Source: Gemmatimonas sp.
GTDB lineage: Bacteria; Gemmatimonadota; Gemmatimonadetes; Gemmatimonadales; Gemmatimonadaceae
Assembly (NCBI GenBank): GCA_031414535.1
Contig: JANNVQ010000014.1
Coordinates: forward strand, 224,001-288,000
DNA length: 64,000 nt
Direction: 5' to 3'
Of the stretch, positions 58,854-64,000 are shown piece by piece. The position numbers and the translations under genes are program-made. The notes beneath the pieces were generated by a model. It was not told where the DNA came from and made no database searches. It worked only from the letters and a program-made list of their open reading frames with translations. Within the stretch, counting starts at the first letter, position 1, and each line of letters begins with the position of its first letter.

Positions 58854-59981
58854 ATGAAACTGACCTCTTCGTTCTCTAGCTTCGACAAGCACGACCCGCT
58901 GACCGCGGGTTCGATCTACCGGGTGGCCCTCGCCATCCTGGGAACCCTGCTGCTGGCACAGTTGCTGTGGTCCGCGCGGGTTTTAGTGCTCACCGCCTTC
59001 TTAGGCATCCTTTTTGGCCTTTCGGCGGCCCGGGCCACTGATCGAGTCGTCGCCCGCATCAAGATCAACCGCAACATCGCAGCGGCACTGGTTGTGATCG
59101 GTACCGTCGCCCTTTTGGTGGGCATTTTCGCTTGGACCGGTCCGACGCTGCTCGAGCAGTCGCAAACCCTGCGCACCAAGCTCCCGGAGGCCGTCGGCAA
59201 GCTCGAGGACTGGTTGCTACTCAAGCAGCCTCAGCTGCTCGAAGCCGTCGCCCCACCCACGGAGGACGGCGGAAGCCGACTGCTGGCGGCCATCACCAAA
59301 AACGCACCTGCGGTCACAGGCTTTGCCCTCGGTGTCGTGCAGTCCACACTCGTGGCGGCCGCTGGCCTAGTGATGGTGATTTTCCTCGCCCTCTACATAG
59401 CAATCGATCCCGGCGTCTACCGCCGCGGGATGTTGCTGCTGGTGCCGACGCCGCATCGCGAGCGCTTTGGCGGTCTCCTCTCTGCGCTCAGCACCACGTT
59501 GCGCACCTGGTTCGCCACGCAGCTCATTGCGATGGTGGTCATCGGCGTCGTAACCACGATTCTGCTCTTCGTCCTCGATATTCGCGCCGCGCTGCCGCTC
59601 GGCGTCATCGCTGGCATATTCGAGTTCGTGCCCAACATCGGGCCGCTGCTCAGCGCCATTCCCGCTGTGTTGATGGGCTTCGTCGATTCGCCACAGAAGG
59701 CCCTCGTGGTGGTCGGTTTGTATTGGGGCATCCAGTTCCTCGAGAACAACCTCCTCATCCCATACTTGATGAAGGAGCAACTTGACCTGCCGCCGGCTCT
59801 GACCCTGCTGGCCCAAGTGACGATGGCCTTCGTGTTCGGCTTCCTCGGCTTGTTCGTCGCGATTCCGCTGCTTGCAACGGTTGTCGTGGCCATACGCACA
59901 TTCTGGGTGGAAGAACAGCCGGCCGCCCAGATCACTGCGTCGTCCACAGCCACGGGCGGCCCGCCGCCGACCAGCGCGTGA
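58854..59981 (+). CDS. AI-2E family transporter
   Basis: Multiple TM segments; FVPNIGP, QFLENNLLIP, GLFVAIP. Confidence 0.92.
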   Translation: MKLTSSFSSFDKHDPLTAGSIYRVALAILGTLLLAQLLWSARVLVLTAFLGILFGLSAARATDRVVARIKINRNIAAALVVIGTVALLVGIFAWTGPTLLEQSQTLRTKLPEAVGKLEDWLLLKQPQLLEAVAPPTEDGGSRLLAAITKNAPAVTGFALGVVQSTLVAAAGLVMVIFLALYIAIDPGVYRRGMLLLVPTPHRERFGGLLSALSTTLRTWFATQLIAMVVIGVVTTILLFVLDIRAALPLGVIAGIFEFVPNIGPLLSAIPAVLMGFVDSPQKALVVVGLYWGIQFLENNLLIPYLMKEQLDLPPALTLLAQVTMAFVFGFLGLFVAIPLLATVVVAIRTFWVEEQPAAQITASSTATGGPPPTSA

Positions 59982-60769
59982 TTGCCGAATCTGCGCGCGG
60001 CCAGTTCGGCTACGATGAAGCCGGTGCGGGTATCCCTGTGGTCCTGCTGCACGGCTTTCCGCACGATCGGCAATTGTGGGAGGCTCAGCTTGCCTCACCT
60101 CCAACAAATGCACGTCTCCTTGCGATTGATCTTCCGGCGTTTGGCGAGAGTGAGAGCGCGGCCGTGCCATCACTCAACGCCTGGGCCGATTGGGTCATCG
60201 CGGCGCTCGATGCACTCAAGATTGAACGCGCCGTGTTCTGCGGACTCTCCATGGGCGGCTATCTCTGCTTCGCAATTTGGCGCCGTCATCCTTCGCGCGT
60301 GATGGGCTTCGTGCTCGCCGACACAAAGGCTGGTGCCGACACGCTCGAGGCCCAAGACAAGCGCGTGGCCATGCAAGCCAAGGTCGTCACCGACGGCGTG
60401 GGCCCAATCGCCGAGGCGATGATGCCTGGGATGATCGGCAAGACCACGCGGGACTCCCGACCGCGTGCGGTCGAGTTTGTGGACGCCATGCTGCGCCGCG
60501 CGAGTGTGGGCGCGGTGCACGATGCCCTCGACGCGCTGCGCACGCGGCCCGATTCCACGCCAACGCTCGCCACCATCACTGTGCCCACACTCATCATCTG
60601 CGGCGACGAAGATGCGCTGACGCCGGTGAAGGAGTCCGAGGCCATGCACGCCGCCATCCCCGAGGCACAGTTGGCCATCATTCCCGGCGCGGGTCACGTG
60701 AGCAACGTCGAGCATCCGGCGGCCTTCAATGCCGTGCTTTTTGGCTTCATTCAGGCCAGATTTGGGTGA
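59978..60769 (+). CDS. Alpha/beta fold hydrolase
   Basis: LHGFP, GLSMGG, GDED, GHVSNVE. Confidence 0.92.
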   Translation: MIAESARGQFGYDEAGAGIPVVLLHGFPHDRQLWEAQLASPPTNARLLAIDLPAFGESESAAVPSLNAWADWVIAALDALKIERAVFCGLSMGGYLCFAIWRRHPSRVMGFVLADTKAGADTLEAQDKRVAMQAKVVTDGVGPIAEAMMPGMIGKTTRDSRPRAVEFVDAMLRRASVGAVHDALDALRTRPDSTPTLATITVPTLIICGDEDALTPVKESEAMHAAIPEAQLAIIPGAGHVSNVEHPAAFNAVLFGFIQARFG

Positions 60770-60802
60770 GTCAGTAGCACACTCATCACACCGGACTTTG
60801 AT

Positions 60803-61447
60803 GTGACCAAGGCCGCACCCAAAGCAACACCGGCAGCAACTCCCAATCACGACAACGTCAGCGCCGCCGAGCAGACGTCAGCCGCCAAGATTGGCGGCAT
60901 CCTGTTTCGCAATCGCGGCTGGCTGCCGGTGCCGTTTCTTGTGGTGCCTGTGGTGGCGATGCAAACGCTCACCACGCGCAACCTCATCATCGGCGTCATC
61001 GTAATGGTGATTGGCGAATGGTGGCGCATGTGGGGCGTCGCCACCGCCGGCACCGTGACCCGCCGCCGCTCGCGCAACGTGCAGAAATTGGTGGCCCACG
61101 GCCCCTTCGCATGGAGCCGCAACCCACTCTACAACGGCAACTTCTTGCTGTGGATGGGCATCATCACCATCAGCGGCGTGTTCTGGTTCATCCCCGTGGC
61201 CGCCGTAATCTTCGCCATCGAGTACTACTACATCGTGCGCTACGAAGAGGGCGTTCTCGAGAGCACCTTCGGCCAAGTGTACTTGGACTACAAGCAGAAG
61301 ACGTCGCGCTGGTTCCCGAGCGCACCAAAGAAGGAAGACGCGGAGGGAGAGTTCTTCTGGGCCGAGGCGTGGAAGTCGGAGATATCCACGTTTATGCAGT
61401 TTGCAGCGATTATCGCGATCTTCTGGGCCAAGGATCGGTGGATGTAA
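60803..61447 (+). CDS. Isoprenylcysteine carboxyl methyltransferase / PEMT-family membrane protein
   Basis: GPFAWSRNPLY, EE...FG..Y..Y, RWFP. Confidence 0.88.
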   Translation: MTKAAPKATPAATPNHDNVSAAEQTSAAKIGGILFRNRGWLPVPFLVVPVVAMQTLTTRNLIIGVIVMVIGEWWRMWGVATAGTVTRRRSRNVQKLVAHGPFAWSRNPLYNGNFLLWMGIITISGVFWFIPVAAVIFAIEYYYIVRYEEGVLESTFGQVYLDYKQKTSRWFPSAPKKEDAEGEFFWAEAWKSEISTFMQFAAIIAIFWAKDRWM

Positions 61448-61451
61448 GTAA

Positions 61452-61578
61452 TGGACGGATGACGGATGCGTTTTTGACGGATGACGGATGACGGATGCTA
61501 AGAGCGGGCCCGCACCAATTCTCGGTGCGGGCCCGCTGTTGTAGTAGCATCCGTCTTCCGTCTTCCGTCTTCCGTCCA
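61452..61578. repeat. Intergenic inverted element with GACGGA(T/A) heptamer arms around a GC hairpin
   Basis: Five left-arm heptamers; AGCGGGCCCGCACC / GGTGCGGGCCCGCT stem; four inverted right-arm heptamers; lies between convergent genes. Confidence 0.88.
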
Positions 61579-61579
61579 G

Positions 61580-61843
61580 TTACCTAGTCGGGCGCCCCGG
61601 CTTCGGCTCCTTCGTAAACGCCTCTCGATTGATCTGTACGTAAGCCTTTTGCGCAGCCGGCACGTCCTCTTCCGGGAAGATCGCCGTCACCGGGCACTCC
61701 GGCTCACACGCGCCGCAGTCAATGCACTCGTCCGGATGGATGTACAGCATGTCCGGACCTTCGTAGATGCAGTCCACCGGGCAAACGTCCACGCAGGACT
61801 TGTCCTTGGTGTTGATGCAGGCTTCGGTGATCACGTACGGCAT
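61580..61843 (-). CDS. Dicluster (7Fe-type) ferredoxin
   Basis: C-x7-C-x3-CP and [12 protein letters not shown]. Confidence 0.95.
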   Translation of the reverse strand: MPYVITEACINTKDKSCVDVCPVDCIYEGPDMLYIHPDECIDCGACEPECPVTAIFPEEDVPAAQKAYVQINREAFTKEPKPGRPTR

Positions 61844-61910
61844 TGTGGCGACGTCCTCGGTGGGGTGGCGGCTGGTGCTAACGTGCGGAAGATAACAACT
61901 TCAAGGCAAC

Positions 61911-62396
61911 GTGCACATCTCCCTGAATGGCCGCCCGGTTGATGCTGTTCCCGCCGGCCACGCCACCCTGCTCGACCTCCTCCGCGACGAACTCGCCCTC
62001 ACTGGCACAAAGCGGGTCTGCGACCGCGGCGCCTGTGGGGCCTGCACCGTCTTGGTGGACGGCAAACCCGTCTACTCCTGCCTCACCCTCGCCCACGGCT
62101 GCGACGGGCACGAAGTCCGCACCATCGAGGGGCTCGGCGCTCCGGGCGCCCCGCACCCGCTGCAACAGGCCTTCGCCCTCGAGGACGCCGCCCAGTGCGG
62201 CTTCTGCACGCCTGGGCAACTGATGGCCGCATCGGCGCTTCTCGCCGAGAAGCCCGATCCATCGGACGCCGAAATCATCGCGGCCATGAGTGGCAATCTC
62301 TGCCGCTGCGGCACCTATCCAAAAATTGTGCGCGCCATTCGCCGCGCCGCCTCGATGATTCGCGAGACAAAGTCCGAGACAACCTCTAATGTCTGA
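61911..62396 (+). CDS. (2Fe-2S)-binding subunit, CoxS/CutS family
   Basis: CDRGACGAC, QCGFCTPG, CRCGTY. Confidence 0.95.
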   Translation: MHISLNGRPVDAVPAGHATLLDLLRDELALTGTKRVCDRGACGACTVLVDGKPVYSCLTLAHGCDGHEVRTIEGLGAPGAPHPLQQAFALEDAAQCGFCTPGQLMAASALLAEKPDPSDAEIIAAMSGNLCRCGTYPKIVRAIRRAASMIRETKSETTSNV

Positions 62397-64000
62397 GTCC
62401 AAGTCGCGCTTTATCTCGACGACGGTAGAGGTCGAAGGCCGCACCGAGCAGCGTGTGGTGGAAATGCCCGCATTCGAGCTCGAGCCCTGGGGCGAAGACG
62501 CCCAGCTCACGCACGTCGGCGCCCGCGCCACGCGCGTGGATGCCGGCACCAAGGCCACGGGCAATCCGGGCTACACCACCGATCTCCGACGCCAGCATCA
62601 GGCCTACGCGGCCATCGTGCGCGCGCAGATTCCGCGCGGCAAGCTGGTGCGCATTGATGTCAGCGCCGCACGCGCACTCCCTGGCGTGCTCGATGTATTG
62701 CTGCACGAAGATGCACCCGCCAAGACGCGACTCTTCTTGCCGGAGATCACCTACCACGGCCAGCCACTCGCCGCCGTCTGCGCGGTTTCTCAAGAGATCG
62801 CCGAGCGCGCTGTAAAGCTCATCACGGTTGAAGTCGAGAAGTCACGCCACAGCGTCACCGTCGCTCAAGCCACCGCGCCGGATGCGCTACCTGTACGACC
62901 CGGCCTGCCCAACAATCTCCTCTTCAAAGAGCCGCGCGTGAACTCGCGTGGTGACATCGTCGCGGGCTTCGCCGCCGCCGATGTCATCATCGAGCGCGAA
63001 GTGCACACGCCCTGCGTGCTCCACACGGCACTCGAGCCACACTCCGCCGTCTGCGAATGGGATGGTGACAAACTCACCGTCTGGGAAAGCACGCAGGGCA
63101 TCTTCCGCGTGCGCGATAACGTCGCCAAGGCACTGGGCATTCCGCTCACCAACGTGCGCGTCATCTGCGAGGCCATGGGCGGCGGCTTCGGCGCCAAGAA
63201 CTACGCCGCTGCGCACACCTACATCGCCGCACTCTTCGCGAAGCGAAATGGAAGGCCCGTGATGTGCGCCGTTGATCGAACCGGTGAGCAAGTAGACACC
63301 GGCAATCGGCCCTCTAGCGTGCAGCGCATCAAGATGGGCGCCAAGAACGACGGCACCATCACCGCCATCGAGCTGGTCGCAGAGGTTCCACTCGGCATCG
63401 GTGGATGGGAAGGCGGCCCAGGTGAGATCTATCACGAGCTCTACGCCTGCCCCAATGTGCGCACGCACGAGACTTTCGCATTCGTGAACACCGCGGCCAT
63501 GGCAGCGTTTCGCGCGCCTGGGCACGCTGAAGGTGCCGTTGGACTCGAAGCCGGAATCAACGCGCTCGCAGCGGCACTCGACATGGACGCGCTCGAGCTC
63601 CGCCGCCGCAACATCGCGACCTTCGACCAAAAGAAGAATCGCCCCTACACCGGCAATCGCCTCGACGAGTGCTACGACGAGGGCGCGCGCCGATTTGGAT
63701 GGAACGAATGGATGCGCGAACGCGGCGTCGGCCGCGGAAATGCCGCGCGTCGAGTGAAGGGCAAGCCACATCTACGTCGCGGTGTTGGCCTGAGTGCGCA
63801 GATCTGGTCCACCGGCGGTGGCCCACCGAGCTACGCCACCGTGCGCCTCAACAACGATGGCAGCGCCGACGTGCTCGCCGGCTCACAAGACTTGGGCACC
63901 GGCACACGCACCATTCTCGCACAGGTCGCCGCCGAAGCACTCGGCCACGATCTCTCGCAGGTGCGCGCTATCATCGGTGACACAGGCGCCACGCCATACG
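62389..64000 (+). CDS. Xanthine dehydrogenase family molybdopterin-binding subunit (partial; runs off the window)
   Basis: Manual translation from ATG 62389: RVDAGTKATG, ALEPH, STQG, GGGFGAK, FRAPG, QDLGTGTRT. Confidence 0.93.
   Translation, partial: MSESKSRFISTTVEVEGRTEQRVVEMPAFELEPWGEDAQLTHVGARATRVDAGTKATGNPGYTTDLRRQHQAYAAIVRAQIPRGKLVRIDVSAARALPGVLDVLLHEDAPAKTRLFLPEITYHGQPLAAVCAVSQEIAERAVKLITVEVEKSRHSVTVAQATAPDALPVRPGLPNNLLFKEPRVNSRGDIVAGFAAADVIIEREVHTPCVLHTALEPHSAVCEWDGDKLTVWESTQGIFRVRDNVAKALGIPLTNVRVICEAMGGGFGAKNYAAAHTYIAALFAKRNGRPVMCAVDRTGEQVDTGNRPSSVQRIKMGAKNDGTITAIELVAEVPLGIGGWEGGPGEIYHELYACPNVRTHETFAFVNTAAMAAFRAPGHAEGAVGLEAGINALAAALDMDALELRRRNIATFDQKKNRPYTGNRLDECYDEGARRFGWNEWMRERGVGRGNAARRVKGKPHLRRGVGLSAQIWSTGGGPPSYATVRLNNDGSADVLAGSQDLGTGTRTILAQVAAEALGHDLSQVRAIIGDTGATPY

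Noticed and set aside
61452..61578. CRISPR array (also considered for the other heptamer sites and the collagen repeats)
   Set aside because: Units are 7-9 bp and tandem, with no unique spacers and no cas genes.

Overview
GC-rich bacterial chromosomal window, probably Gemmatimonadota. This is inferred from the Oar-like TonB receptor, the Ser/Thr kinase fused to a TolB/PD40 propeller, and the Ig+PD40 lipoproteins. The most notable region (about 1-18.3 kb) is a cell-surface/exopolysaccharide-type locus containing a complete lasso-peptide (RiPP) cluster: RRE/B1, B2 peptidase, cyclase, two paralogous HprK-like kinases, ABC exporter and nucleotidyltransferase. Its 58-aa precursor (17058-17234) has an unusually long predicted core of about 40 aa, with two tail cysteines and a C-terminal Ser-Ser. 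The cluster is interrupted by a secreted fibre gene with 101 perfect Gly-X-Y triplets, YadA-like head repeats and an S74 chaperone; this gene may share a sigma54-type regulatory region with the precursor. A small defence-like islet follows (20.5-25.5 kb): an MmeI-like type IIG RM gene broken by a single in-frame TAG next to its NPPY motif, then a nucleotidyltransferase + HTH gene pair behind a triple-repeat operator. The rest is mostly housekeeping: nupC-like transporter, DHS-like and LOG genes, queG, redox enzymes, a CsoR-regulated copper operon, a STAND/BTAD regulator module, ECF sigma/anti-sigma, rnd, ferredoxin and xanthine-dehydrogenase-family genes. A family of intergenic inverted elements with heptamer or octamer arms recurs. 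No rRNA, tRNA, CRISPR array or transposase was recognised. All calls come from reading motifs by eye; no database searches were run.
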